From Eledone cirrhosa (taxonomy: Eukaryota), in assembly GCA_964016885.1 (NCBI GenBank), contig OZ024756.1, positions 12,834,001-12,898,000 on the forward strand: a DNA stretch of 64,000 bases. Reading direction: 5' to 3'. Each line of letters opens with the position of its first letter. The stretch's first letter is position 1. The notes beneath the pieces are model-generated. The model was not told the origin of the DNA. It saw nothing but the letters and a program-made list of their open reading frames with translations, and searched no databases. Positions 11,113 through 23,255 of this stretch are shown here, one piece after another. The position numbers and the translations under genes were made by a program.

Positions 11113-13470
11113 TACAGAGAGGTGGTACATTGTAGTGTGACAGGGGAAGGTAATGTAGAGAGGTGGTACATTGTAGTGTGACAGGGGAAGGTAATGTAGA
11201 GAGGTGGTACATTGTAGTGTGACAGGGGAAGGTAATATAGAGGTGGTACATTGTAGTGTGACAGGGGAAGGTAATATAGAGGTGGTACATTGTAGTGTGA
11301 CAGGGGAAGGTAATACAGAGAGGTGGTACATTGTAGTGTGACAGGGGAAGGTAATATAGAGGTGGTACATTGTAGTGTGACAGGGGAAGGTAATACAGAG
11401 AGGTGGTACATTGTAGTGTGACAGGGGAAGGTAATATAGAGGTGGTACATTGTAGTGTGACAGGGGAAGGTAATATAGAGAAGTGGTACATTGTAGTGTG
11501 ACAGGGGAAGGTAATATAGAGGTGGTACATTGTAGTGTGACAGGGGAAGGTAATATAGAGGTGGTACATTGTAGTGTGACAGGGGAAGGTAATATAGAGA
11601 GGTGGTACATTGTAGTGTGACAGGGGAAGGTAATATAGAGAGGTGGTACATTGTAGTGTGACAGGGGAAGGTAATATAGAGGTGGTACATTGTAGTGTGA
11701 CAAGGGAAGGTAATACAGAGGTGGTACATTGTAGTGTGACAGGGGAAGGTAATGTAGAGGTGGTACATTGTAGTGTGACAGGGGAAGGTAATGTAGAGGT
11801 GGTACATTGTAGTGTGACAGGGGAAGGTAATACAGAGGTGGTACATTGTAGTGTGACGGGGGAAGGTAATATAGAGGTGGTACATTGTAGTATGACAAGG
11901 GAAGGTAATATAGAGGTGGTACATTGTAGTGTGACAGGGGAAGGTAATATAGAGGTGGTACATTGTAGTGTGACAGGGGAAGGTAATACAGAGAGGTGGT
12001 ACATTGTAGTGTGACAGAGGAAGGTAATATAGAGGTGGTACATTGTAGTGTGACAGGGGAAGGTAATACAGAGAGGTGGTACATTGTAGTGTGACAGGGG
12101 AAGGTAATATAGAGGTGGTACATTGTAGTGTGACAGGGGGAGGTAATATAGCGAAGTGGTACATTGTAGTGTGACAGGGGAAGGTAATATAGAGAAGTGG
12201 TACATTGTAGTGTGACAGGGGAAGGTAATATAGAGAAGTGGTACATTGTAGTGTGAGAGGGGAAGGTAATATAGAGAGGTGGTACATTGTAGTGTGACAG
12301 GGGAAGGTAATATAGAGGTGATACATTGTAGTGTGACAGGGGAAGGTAATACAGAGGTGGTACATTGTAGTGTGACAGGGGAAGGTAATATAGAGAGGTG
12401 GTACATTGTAGTGTGACAGGGGAAGGTAATGTAGAGGTGGTACATTGTAGTGTGACAGGGGAAGGTAATATAGAGGTGGTACATTGTAGTGTGACAGGGG
12501 AAGGTAATATAGAGGTGGTACATTGTAGTGTGACAGGGGAAGGTAATATAGAGGTGGTACATTGTAGTGTGACAGGGGAAGGTAATACAGAGAGGTGGTA
12601 CATTGTAGTGTGACAGGGGAAGGTAATATAGAGGTGGTACATTGTAGTGTGACAGGGGAAGGTAATACAGAGAGGTGGTACATTGTAGTGTGACAGGGGA
12701 AGGTAATATAGAGGTGGTACATTGTAGTGTGACAGGGGAAGTTAATATAGAGAGGTGGTACATTGTAGTGTGACAGGGGAAGGTAATATAGCGAAGTGGT
12801 ACATTGTAGTGTGACAGGGGAAGGTAATATAGAGAAGTGGTACATTGTAGTGTGACAGGGGAAGGTAATATAGAGAAGTGGTACATTGTAGTGTGACAGG
12901 GGAAGGTAATATAGAGAGGTGGTACATTGTAGTGTGACAGGGGAAGGTAATATAGAGGTGGTACATTGTAGTGTGACAGGGGAAGGTAATACAGAGGTGG
13001 TACATTGTAGTGTGACAGGGGAAGGTAATATAGAGAGGTGGTACATTGTGTGACAGGGGAAGGTAATGTAGAGGTGGTACATTGTAGTGTGACAGGGGAA
13101 GGTAATATAGAGAGGTGGTACATTGTAGTGTGACAGGGGACGGTAATATAGAGGTGGTACATTGTAGTGTGACAGGGGAAGGTAATATAGAGGTGGTACA
13201 TTGCAGTGTGACAGGGGAAGTTAATACAGAGGTGGTACATTGTAGTGTGACAGGGGAAGGTAATATAGAGGTGGTACATTGTAGTGTGACAGGGGAAGGT
13301 AATATAGAGGTGGTACATTGTAGTGTGACAGGGGAAGGTAATATAGAGGTGGTACATTGTAGTGTGACAGGGGAAGGTAATATAGAGGTGGTACATTGTA
13401 GTGTGACAGGGGAAGGTAATATAGAGAGGTGGTACATTGTAGTGTGAATGTAATATAGCGAGGTGGTACA
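11113..13470. repeat. 39/41-bp minisatellite (~58 copies) filling most of intron 5
   Basis: Unit (AG)AGAGGTGGTACATTGTAGTGTGACAGGGGAAGGTAATAT. Confidence 0.98.
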
Positions 13471-13663
13471 CTTCCTCCCACAGTGACAACGCCCCCCCCC
13501 ACCCCACCCAGCCAAACAACAACAGTCATCATCATCACAACTAAACAAGTCATCATCATCACAACTAAACAACAACAGTCATCATCATCATCACAACTAA
13601 ACAACAGTCATCATCATCATCATCATAGTAAGAGGCAAACAATATAACATCAACATATCTTAC

Positions 13664-13696
13664 CTCACAGATCCGAGGAATGAGACCATTCTCCTC
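13664..13696 (-). CDS. STARD9: STARD9-like exon 5, 33 nt (EENGLIPRICE)
   Basis: GLIPR kinesin motif; ACAG acceptor, GTAAGA donor. Confidence 0.92.
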
Positions 13697-13759
13697 CTGT
13701 AATATAGAGTTATAGAGATATAGAGACTGTATCTGGAGTGGGTTGGTAGAGTGTCAGGT

Positions 13760-14110
13760 GAGAGGGAGAGAGAGATAGCCAGGGAGAGAGAGAGAGATGG
13801 CCTGGGGGCGAGAGAGAGAGAGATGGCCTGGAGGCGAGAGAGAGAGAGGAGAGATGACCTGAGAGAGAGAGAGAGAGAGATAGCCAGGGAGAGAGAGAGA
13901 GATGGCCTGGGGGAGAGAGAGAGAGAGGGGAGAGATGACCTGAGAGAGAGAGAGAGAGAGAGAGATAGCCTGGGAGAGAGAGAGAGAGAAAGATGGCCTG
14001 GGAGTGAGAGGTAGCCTGGGAGAGAGAGATAGCCTAGGAGAGAGAGAGAGATATATATATATATATGACCTGAGGGAAAGAGAGAGAGATATGGCTTGAA
14101 AGAGAGAGAA
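13760..14110. repeat. (AG)n interrupted by ATRGCCTGGG spacers
   Basis: Compound microsatellite in intron 4. Confidence 0.85.
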
Positions 14111-14150
14111 TTGAATAAATCCATAAGACTAATGAATAAAGAATATTTAC

Positions 14151-14267
14151 CTCTTCCCCCATCATTGTGTAGGTTTTGCCTGTTCCTGTTTGACCATAGG
14201 CAAACATACAGGCATTATAACCATCAAAGGCAGCTTCCAACACCTCTGTACCCAGATCTTGAAATAC
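14151..14267 (-). CDS. STARD9: STARD9-like exon 4 with P-loop ([39 protein letters not shown])
   Basis: GYNAC.FAYGQTG.GKT kinesin Walker A; CAG acceptor, GTAAAT donor, 117 nt. Confidence 0.96.
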
Positions 14268-14506
14268 CTGTCAGGGAAAACAACATGTCTGTTTAAATGG
14301 AACTATGTAGTACAACAACAACATAAGTAGCAGCAACTACTACCCGATACACACACTATACAGGCAGGCACACAGTATACACACACACACACTATACAGA
14401 CGTAGGCATACACTAAACCAGTGGTCTATGGACCACTGGTTTAGTGTATAGTCTGGTGATCTGCAGAAAAATGTCAACATTATTTGCAATTTTTATGCTT
14501 TATCTA

Positions 14507-15157
14507 TAGTGAATCTTCGCTTATCCAGACGGTCAAAACCAAACAGTTAGAAAAAGATCCGGTTAAGTGAAATATCCGGATAAGTGAGTTCTAAAATCCC
14601 ATTGTTACATAATGCTCATGGTTTCTAATGTTTTGGAATCTTTTAGTCAAAATAAAAGACAAATGCTAAGTGAAGAAAGTTTATTAGAGTAACAAAAGAA
14701 CAGCTAGAATTTATAAGAAAATTAATTAAACAAACATAAGAATAACTAAAAACTTGGTAAAACTGAGTCAAACCATAAAAAGTTAGTACTTTTATAAAAA
14801 ATAAATAAACAGAAGATTGTTTCGCGCCGAAGCTCGCCGTTCCGCTACCATTTCCACGCAACAGCTGAACGGTCAACCACCTCCCTCATGTTTATTGCAC
14901 GTAAAAATGGAATCATTCCCGTGTCCCCTTTTCCGATCAAATCTCGCAGCAATTGTTTTCTGTAAATCTGCTTTAGTGTCTCCAAAACTCCCTGGTCCAT
15001 TGGCTGAATAAGTGACGTAACGTTTGCTGGAAGAAATGCTGCCCGAATCTGTCCGTCTGTTGAAATCAAGTCCTCCTCATCCGGAGGTAGCATAGAAATA
15101 GCCGTCCGGTAAATCGAATTTCGGAAAAGCGATATCCGGATAAGCAAAGATGCACTG
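14507..15157 (-). mobile_element. Internally deleted Tigger/pogo DNA transposon
   Basis: TIR-like ends tAGTGAATCTTCGCTTATCC / GGATAAGCAAAGATGCACTG with TA flanks; DDE_1-type remnant FLPANVTSLIQPMDQGVLETLKQIYRKQLL. Confidence 0.85.
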
Positions 15158-15843
15158 TATATCTAAAACAGAGAATGTCTGTCTGTTTGTTTGACTCCCT
15201 AAAACTCGAGAACCACCCAACCGATTGTTTTCAAACGTTATACATATAATACTTATAGTCCTGTGAGTGTTTTGCGCAAAATATATTTCAAATTTTCAAT
15301 GCCCTAGGGACCGCATTAGGCGATTTAGCGATCTCTCTCTATAATTCTTAGTCTTTCTTTTTAGATAAATATATAGATATAACGTTGCGCCCTTATAATA
15401 TCTGTCTGTATGTCTGCATTACGATATTATGACGCTATATGTGTGTGTGTGTATGTATATGTGTGTGTATGTATATATGTATATATAGTATATATATATA
15501 TATATAGTGTCCAACGTTTTTCAAAATATTTACTTCTGCATTCACAGATTGATTTTTTTTAGTTTCAGAAGATCCCGTTAAGGGTGAAAGCAGCAATTCT
15601 TTGCTTCAACTTTAATGTTATTTTAATATATATCATCATCATCATCATCATCGTTTAACTTCTATCTTCCACGCTAGCTTGGGTTTATATATAATTATAT
15701 ATTCGTGTACAGATATTTTTGCATACGCAATAACAAAATATAAACAAACGTATTTATTTTACGAGGCTCGATAAGGATAAATATCTATCAAATATATAAG
15801 AACCCTAGAGCAAATCCCGAACAACGCCGGGCCATTCTGCTAG
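15158..15843 (+). mobile_element. Non-autonomous Helitron-like element
   Basis: 3' hairpin CCCG..CAACG.CGGG followed by CTAG|T; 5' (GTCT)n-type head. Confidence 0.7.
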
Positions 15844-16193
15844 TTAATAATATAACAAAAAATAATATTCGTTTAAAATATATTTTATAACCTCAATAAA
15901 AAATGTTTCTCCTCAGTAAAGAACTAACATCCATGAAATAATTTTACACATATGTATCATCTATCGACAATATGACACACGTACACTTCAGTATTGTTTC
16001 GATCATCAACCATTAATTCATATTTTAGTGGTTCGTGTGATTTAAAATTATGAATTTAGTGGTGGGTGAGGTTGGAAAGGATGGCAACCACTGCACTAAA
16101 CTGTATCTTTGGGTTAACGTGTGTTAGTGTATAAAATTAAAAATTAAAAAGTAACAACGGAGAGAAAGTTAAAAAAGGTATTGAAGAACATAC

Positions 16194-16310
16194 CAACTGT
16201 TGGGAAGCATATCCTGGTAGATTTGATGGTCCTGATGAATCATAACAATAATCAAAGGTGAATGTCTTAACTCTTTCTCTACTATCTCCATATTCTGGCT
16301 GGCTTTCCAC
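16194..16310 (-). CDS. STARD9: STARD9-like exon 3 (VESQPEYGDSRERVKTFTFDYCYDSSGPSNLPGYASQQL)
   Basis: TGTAG acceptor, GTATGT donor, 117 nt phase 0; kinesin FxFD motif; GDSRE..FDYCY resembles STARD9. Confidence 0.93.
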
Positions 16311-16384
16311 CTACAGAATACACAAAATATAACATCAAATACACAAGATATCATTTTCATCATCATCATCATCATCATTTCATT

Positions 16385-16706
16385 TTACGTCCGCTTTTTC
16401 CCTGCTTGCAAGGGTGGGACGGGAACTGATTCTGGCTTGATTTCTACAGCTGGATGCCCTTCCTAACACCAACCTCATTTACAGTGAGTGCTGGGTGCTT
16501 TTTTACCGTGGCACCTCCACGACCACTTTGCAGTGGAATGATAGGGATCTCAGTCCCTATCATCTCATTTCTACAGCTGAGTAAACTGGAGCAATGTGAA
16601 ATAAAGTGTCTTGCTCAAGGAAACAACACATCACCCGGTCTGAGAATTGAACTCACAACCTTTCGATTGCAAGGCCAATGCTCTAACCACTAAGCCATGT
16701 GCCTCC
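16385..16706 (-). mobile_element. Full-length tRNA-derived SINE (copies 31180-31553 -, 40788-41110 +, 49179-49475 +, 57185-57507 -)
   Basis: GGAGGCACATGGCTTAGTGGTTAGAGC (A box)...GTGAGTTCAATTCTC (B box); ~320 bp near-identical copies with (ATG)n tail. Confidence 0.9.
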
Positions 16707-17095
16707 ATATATAAATCAGAATAGATGCAATAAAAATCTGTTAGACCATTACTCACCAGAGTACTCAATACTTGGGGTAGTAGAGTGGGAAATATGAAAA
16801 ATTTGGGACCCCTACGGTTGAGCTCCTGACATTTCAACAGCTAGATCCGAACTGTTAAAATGACAGGAGCTCAGCCTTCAGGGTTGCGAATCCTTCATAT
16901 ATAATGAAGGAGGTGTGGTAAGGAACCAGATGGACCATAACGCACCAGAGTACTCAATACTTAGGGTAGTAGAGTGGGTAATAGGATAATGTTTAACCCC
17001 AACGGCAGAGTTCAAGCCGTTTCGAGTCCAGAAATAGCCATCGAAACGGCTTGAGCTCTGCCGTCGGGGTTAAACATTTTCCTATATATATATTT

Positions 17096-17138
<43 letters not shown>

Positions 17139-17419
17139 TCGTTTTTGAATTTGTTTTGCGAGAGCCTTATCTGAAAACGTGTGTTGAAACAGATATTGTT
17201 ATACTTTGGGAGGGTCATCTTGCCAATAAAAACACATTCTCCTGTTGTTTTTCACTTCAATTTATTATAAGTTTCTGGTTGGTTGGTTGGTTGGATAACC
17301 GGAAGGTTGTTTATATATTGTCAAAGCTCTTTCGTCACACATTCTGTGACCTCCTCAGTGACCGGAAACTTATAATAAATTGAAAGTATAACAAATATAT
17401 ATATATATATATAAATAAA

Positions 17420-17613
17420 TGAAGTATTTACGAAGGAAAGTTACAGGAAAAGAGTGCTCTATGTAGGTTACAGAGCTTTTTAGTTATGTAATAAACAACA
17501 TAAGATAATTATTTCATGAAATAATTATCTTATGTTGTTTATTACATAACTAAAAAGCTCTGTAGCCTACATAGAGCACTCTTTTCCTGTAACTTTTGTA
17601 CGGAAATACTTCA
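17420..17613. repeat. ~190-bp near-perfect palindrome (fold-back element)
   Basis: Arms mirror around TTTCATGAAA (~17515); sits within (TA)n. Confidence 0.9.
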
Positions 17614-17633
17614 TATATATATATATATATATA

Positions 17634-18914
17634 CAGGGTGCGGACGATATTTGTTAGCAATTTTCAACTGCTAATTTTATGCAAATTTTTTTTACTTCCG
17701 TTGTCACTCTTTTCATAAAAACAGTGACTATATTTCCATTATTTATTTTCAGAATAATTGATTATGAATAATTTTGAACCTCCAAATTTGTGGAATCCAC
17801 GCCGGGAGGACAAATAAGGAAATTTCAGACTTTCTCAGCGTCAGCAGGAGAATGGTGGAAAAGGTCAGAAAGGAATTGGAAGATTCAGGAGTCGTCTACG
17901 AAACAACATCAGAGAGGAAACCACATGATCGATGATCTGACGCCTTCAGAACGCCTGAGTTCGTCGCTGAAGTTCAGGATATCATCAACAATGAACCTAG
18001 CAAGTCGATGCGTGCCATTGCAAGGGAGAAAGGCGTGGATGAAAAGCTCATTAGACTGGTGGTACATGAAGACATTCGCTACGTTTCATACAAGATGAGG
18101 AAAGGACAATTTCTGTCAAAGGCGATGCAAGGAAAGCGACTGAAGTACACAAAGAAGCTGATCAACAAGTTGAAACACCCACTGGAGCCAGACATGCTGT
18201 GGTTTTTATCCGACGAGAAAAACTTCTGCCAAGACCAGAAGATCAACTCCCAGAACAACAGGTGGCTCGCTGTCTCATCCAAAGACGTGCCCAGAGTCAT
18301 GCAGACAAAGTTTCCAGCGACAACATTGGTCTTAGGTGTCGTCAGCAGTCAAGGTGACATCATGCCACCTCACTTCTTCCCTGAAGGCCTCAAGCTGAAC
18401 ACCGATGGCTACATCCGTGTTCTGAGTGAGGTAGTAAAGCCCTGAATCGACCAGGTAGCTGCAGGTAGGCTGTACGTGTGGCAGCAAGACTCAGCGCCCT
18501 GCCATACCAGCCGAAAGACCCAAGCCTGGCTGTCAGAGAACTTCGTCGACCACACTTCACCTGACATCTGGCCTCCCAGCTCGCCTGACTGCAACCCCCT
18601 CGACTTCTTTGTGTGGGGTGCAGTGGAACGAGACACCAATAGATCTAGCTGCAATACGAAAGGCGATCTGAAGGCCAGGATCACAAGTGCCTTTAGGGAC
18701 CTAAGTCGGGGGACAGTGACGAAGGCCTGTAGCTGATTCCGAGGCCGCCTTCAGGCCATCATCAAAGCCAATGGCGGGTGTATCGAGTGAGATCGAAAGA
18801 ACAAGTCACGAAGACAAATTGACCCAAGTTTGATAAATAAATCTTAAAAAATAAAACTACTGTGTTATTTTTTCCTAGACAGTAATCTTGTGAACAAATA
18901 TTGTTCGCACCCTG
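17634..18914 (+). mobile_element. Tc1/mariner superfamily, maT (DD37D) transposon with disrupted transposase
   Basis: TIRs CAGGGTGCG.AC.ATATTTGTT / AACAAATATTGTTCGCACCCTG, TA flanks; WFLSDEKNF, QQDSAPCH and WPPSSPDCNPLD with 37 residues between the 2nd and 3rd D; in-frame TGA at 18443 and 18734. Confidence 0.93.
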
Positions 18915-19049
18915 TATATATATATACACACACACACACACACATCATACAACAAAAGACCTTTGTCAACAACTCAACAACGGACCCTGCTCAAAACGGT
19001 GCCACCCAGCCCCACACTGTAAACGTGGTTGATGACAGGACTACCCAGT

Positions 19050-19650
19050 AACATGGCTCCTTTTATGAAGGTTTGGAGTGGCAAACTGGTCCAAACTCCC
19101 TCATGGTGGGACAGCCCAGCTCCCAAATTATGGTTCTGATGTGGGTGGGATATGGCGCGGCCAATTGACCTCATCTTCCTCATAATGGCACCACCAAGGG
19201 CTCTACAATAACATACAGAACCGCAACGGAGAACCTGCACACAAGAAGGCCGCCTCCGAATGTAACTGCCACCTACTGGATAAATGCCCACTACAGAATA
19301 GATGCCTAGAATCAAGTATATTGTACCTGTGTACTATCAAATCTGGTAACCTAGCATGGCACTACATAAGTTCTACAGCTGGAGATTTCAAAAAAAGATG
19401 GTATATGCATAGGCATTCTATAAAAAACCGTTGACTTGAGAATACAACGACACTGGCCAATAAGATCTGGCAGCTTAAGGACATCAACCAAGAATATGGG
19501 ACTAGCTGGTCTATTATCAGTAACCGTACACACTGTATTTAAAGTCGAGTGGCGCAATTTCGAGTGATTAGCGGCCTTTAAACTCACCTGATCAATGAAA
19601 CAATTGTTAATACTGTAAATAAAACCCTTTTTGTACAGCCGATCCTTCAC
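19050..19650 (+). mobile_element. Degenerate Penelope-like GIY-YIG/3' fragment
   Basis: 19261 reads CNCHLLDKCPLQNRCLESSILYLCTI, similar to CNCHLPETCPLQNECMQSNLVYQCTV of the adjacent element. Confidence 0.65.
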
Positions 19651-19688
19651 TCTTTCACTACATATATATATATACCTGCGTAAACATT

Positions 19689-19736
<48 letters not shown>

Positions 19737-19863
19737 AGAAGCAAAAAATTGCTTATTGTGATCCAGTTTTTGGTTAAGAAAGCCAGTTTCATGGATGGTT
19801 TCAACGTACGGTTAGGGGTAACTCCACAAGTTTGTAAGAATTCCGTTCAATCTTGGAGTATTA

Positions 19864-20350
19864 AGTATAAAAGAGAAAACACAGGTAAGCATTAAGAGAA
19901 GGATTTTATCCAGGTATTTACGACCGTTTCATTGGTAAGTGCAACCTTATATTGCTATACTGCAAATAGCAGCCACTCAATTATAATTGTTGTTCACAGT
20001 CCAAATTTTTCAAAATAGTGAGTTACTCTTGAAATAATTCTTAATATATAGAGAAAAACATTTATTTGGAATTGTATTTACTAGTATAGGGAGAGAGGAA
20101 TCAGAAGGTGAGGGAAGAGAGAGGAATCAGAAGGTGAGGGGGACAGACGGAATAGTATAGAGAGAGAGGAAGGGGGAAGAGGTAGGAAGTAGAGTGACAA
20201 ACTGAGATGGAGACAGGTGTAGAGGTGGAAGGATTTCTTGGTCAGTTTTGATAGCAGAGTTCATGGAATGTAGTGAGTTAAAGAGAATTAAATTGATCAT
20301 AGTGGGAGGGAGGGATAGAGAAGGAGAGAGAGAGGGGGAGATATAAAGAG

Positions 20351-20406
<56 letters not shown>

Positions 20407-23255
20407 AAGATAAAGATAATAATGACAAAAATAAAAGCAAAGAAGGGGGTGAGAAAGAAGAAAAGAAAAGATAGCCAAGAAGGGGAGGGAAGGAAGGAAG
20501 GGGAGGGAAGGAAGGGAGAAAACGAAGAAATAGAAGAGGAATGAGGGAGAAGAGGGGCATATATGTATTGGTTTTGTGGGTAATTAAAGGGTTTAGATAC
20601 AACAAGAGGGTATAAAGTCTAAGTATATGCAGTTTGTCAGTTGGTAGTAAGAGGTTAAGGGTTCGATTTGTAGTGCGAAAACTTCTCTTTGAGTCTATGG
20701 TTACAATAAATTGATCTCTCGATTTTATTGTTGAGTAACTTATTCTTCGAACTTAAGATGTGGAACAGCTCAAGGTCGCATAATCGACAGCTTCTCATAC
20801 CACTCCGATATGGGGGCACGTTCGATAATTTTTTCCACTTCAGGGTGTATTGATGGTTACTTTCCCTCAGTTGCCAGGTCTTGTTTGCAAGGATAGTTAC
20901 ATAACGGTGCTGGGAATGTTTCATTGCGTAACGGTGTGTATACCAACGGGCTTTAAATGTATTCCCAGTCGCTCCGATGTAATACCATTTCTGGTTGTCT
21001 GATTCCACTGTGCATTGGTAAACCAGGTTAGACTGCATACATTCATTTTGTAATGGACAGGTTTCAGGTAGGTGGCAGTTACAGTTCTTGTCATGGGCAA
21101 CTTTGGCATTATTTGTGGGCTGCGATGCCTGTACAAGTGTGTTACGTTTTGTTTGCCTATTAGCGGGTGGTTGTGTATTAGATATTCTGTTGTGTTCGGT
21201 GGTGATTGTATTGTTATTGTTGTAAATTTGTGTTTTGGTGTTGTTATGTATCTTTTTAGCGTTAAGCATCTTAATGTGTGCCTCTATATTTGGTGCCGTG
21301 GAGTAAGATAGTCTAATAGATTTAGTGTTAAGGATTTTGCTGTATCTATGTGAATCTGGAAAGTGCTTATTTATTATTCTAAAGAGGGTAGGTTAGTACT
21401 AATAGAGGTGTTAAATACGGGGTTATACCAAATATATTTTCTACTGCGTGACTTGTTTGATTTTGATGTTGTATTTCTATTTGCCGTATACTTTGCAGTT
21501 CTATGCGTAAGTGCGTGTGTTACCGGAGTTTGTGTTATGCGTGTTCGTGTGCGCTTCACGGAGGCTTTCATCTATATATTCTACTCTATCTAAGTGGCCT
21601 GCTTTGTCTAATGCGGTATTGTAGTATTCTGCATGTTCTTCGAAGATTTGTCGGTTAGACGAGAAGCGGGAGATCCTAAGGGATATGCTGCGTGGAATGG
21701 ATTTAATTATGGATAGTGGGTGGTTTGAGTTACAGTTGATGTATGCTAAGTTTTCATTAATCTTGTGAAAAGGTTTTATAAGTCCCGTATTTAGGTTAAG
21801 CATCACGTCTAGAAAGTTAACTGTTTTAGTGCTATACTCATACGTTATGCTAAGGCCTAGTTTTCCGAGAGTCTTTCTAATATTCTTACAGTCTTTCTAT
21901 GCTCTGGTTATTTAGGTTCTTAACTAGGAGAAGGGCGTCGTCTCTGTAGATTCCACCGTGAAGGTCGCTAAACTCACTTTGTAAACTATGGGCTATGTAA
22001 ATACCAACTAAATCTGTGACTTGAGCCGAGTCGTTAGCCCCCATCGTGATGTCAAAGTTATTTAATCTATCCTTACGTTCCCAATAGGCGTTTTCAAATT
22101 TAATTATTGTTTTCCTAGCAGCCAATATGATTTTTATCTCGTCTGTTATGTCAGAATTGGCTTTGGCGAATGCTAAGGTGTTGGGGGATATAGATGAGTA
22201 ATAATCGTTAATGTCAAATTGTATAAATTTAGATACTTCTTTGTTAGCTATATTGTTAAACCATTTAATTGTTTCAGTGGCGTTACCCCATAGTTTAATC
22301 ACTAGTTTATTCTTCATTTGTTCTATCACTCTGTCTAATATATGTTTACTAATTTTCCCGATGTCTGATTTGGACGGGCATATAAGTCTAATTGTGGGGT
22401 TATAATCAAAATTTACCTTGTGGTATTTGAGGTTAAATGTGGGGGTACATGGCCTAAGTGGCTCCGTTCTGTCGTCTATCCCTATGTGTTTGACTATATT
22501 GTGTGCCTCGTTGATGTTTATCAGTGCCGCCTCATTTGTTTTTTTGTATTTCCTATGTAATTCCTTCCGTATGAAGCTATTGTATGTATTAATATCCATC
22601 ATATACACATTTGATGGTTTGTCCGCTTTGATAATAATTCCATTGGTGGCTCGCAGCTTTTTTAGGAATGTATTTATGTCATTCTGGAGTTTATTATTCC
22701 TCCGCTTTTTGAATTTGATATTCATAATCATCTTCAGTAAGTCCTGTTCAAAGGTTGAGGGTTGGTAGGTGGGTTTTTACACGATTTGAAGCCGTATGTT
22801 TCCTTGTTGTATTCCACGGTGCAACCGTTACGTCCTTTGTCGAAATGGAAAGTTTTCCATCTAACTCTGCGTTTAAAGTCGTTTGTTCGCTGTATCATCC
22901 CGAGAGTATAATCCTTTCTCCGAGGTATAGGAATGTTCTTTAGGACATACCTATGTAATGCTTTTCCATAGTAGTACCGTATGTTTAGGTGGTTGCTTGA
23001 CCAATAAGGAGCCTGATTCCTCTCTCTCTATACTAGTAAATACAATTCCAAATAAATGTTTTTCTCTCTATATATTAAGAATTATTTCAAGAATAACTTA
23101 CTATTTTGAAAAATTTGGACTGTAAACAACAATTATAATTGAGTGGCTGCTATTTGCAGTATAGCAATATAAGGTTGCACTTACCAATGAAACGGTCGTA
23201 AATACCTGGATAAAATCCTTCTCTTAATGCTTACCTGTGTTTTCTCTTTTATACT
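19864..23255 (-). mobile_element. Penelope-like retroelement (RT + GIY-YIG endonuclease) with ~240-bp inverted terminal repeats
   Basis: RT: IIIKADK, FIQFDINDYYSSI, FDITMGA, IYRDDAL (21886-22731); IWYNP; EN: LVYQC..YYIGAT..FKARWY.H (20655-21269); frameshifted; 19864-20104 is the reverse complement of ~23013-23255. Confidence 0.93.

Noticed and set aside
10922-13604. Cys/His-rich ORFs of up to 866 aa
   Set aside because: Products of the 39/41-bp array, open in several frames at once
17166-17205. CTGAAAA...GAAACAGATATTGTT hammerhead-like motif (also ~59868-59900)
   Set aside because: The core reads CUGAAAA rather than CUGANGA in both copies and stem II is poor
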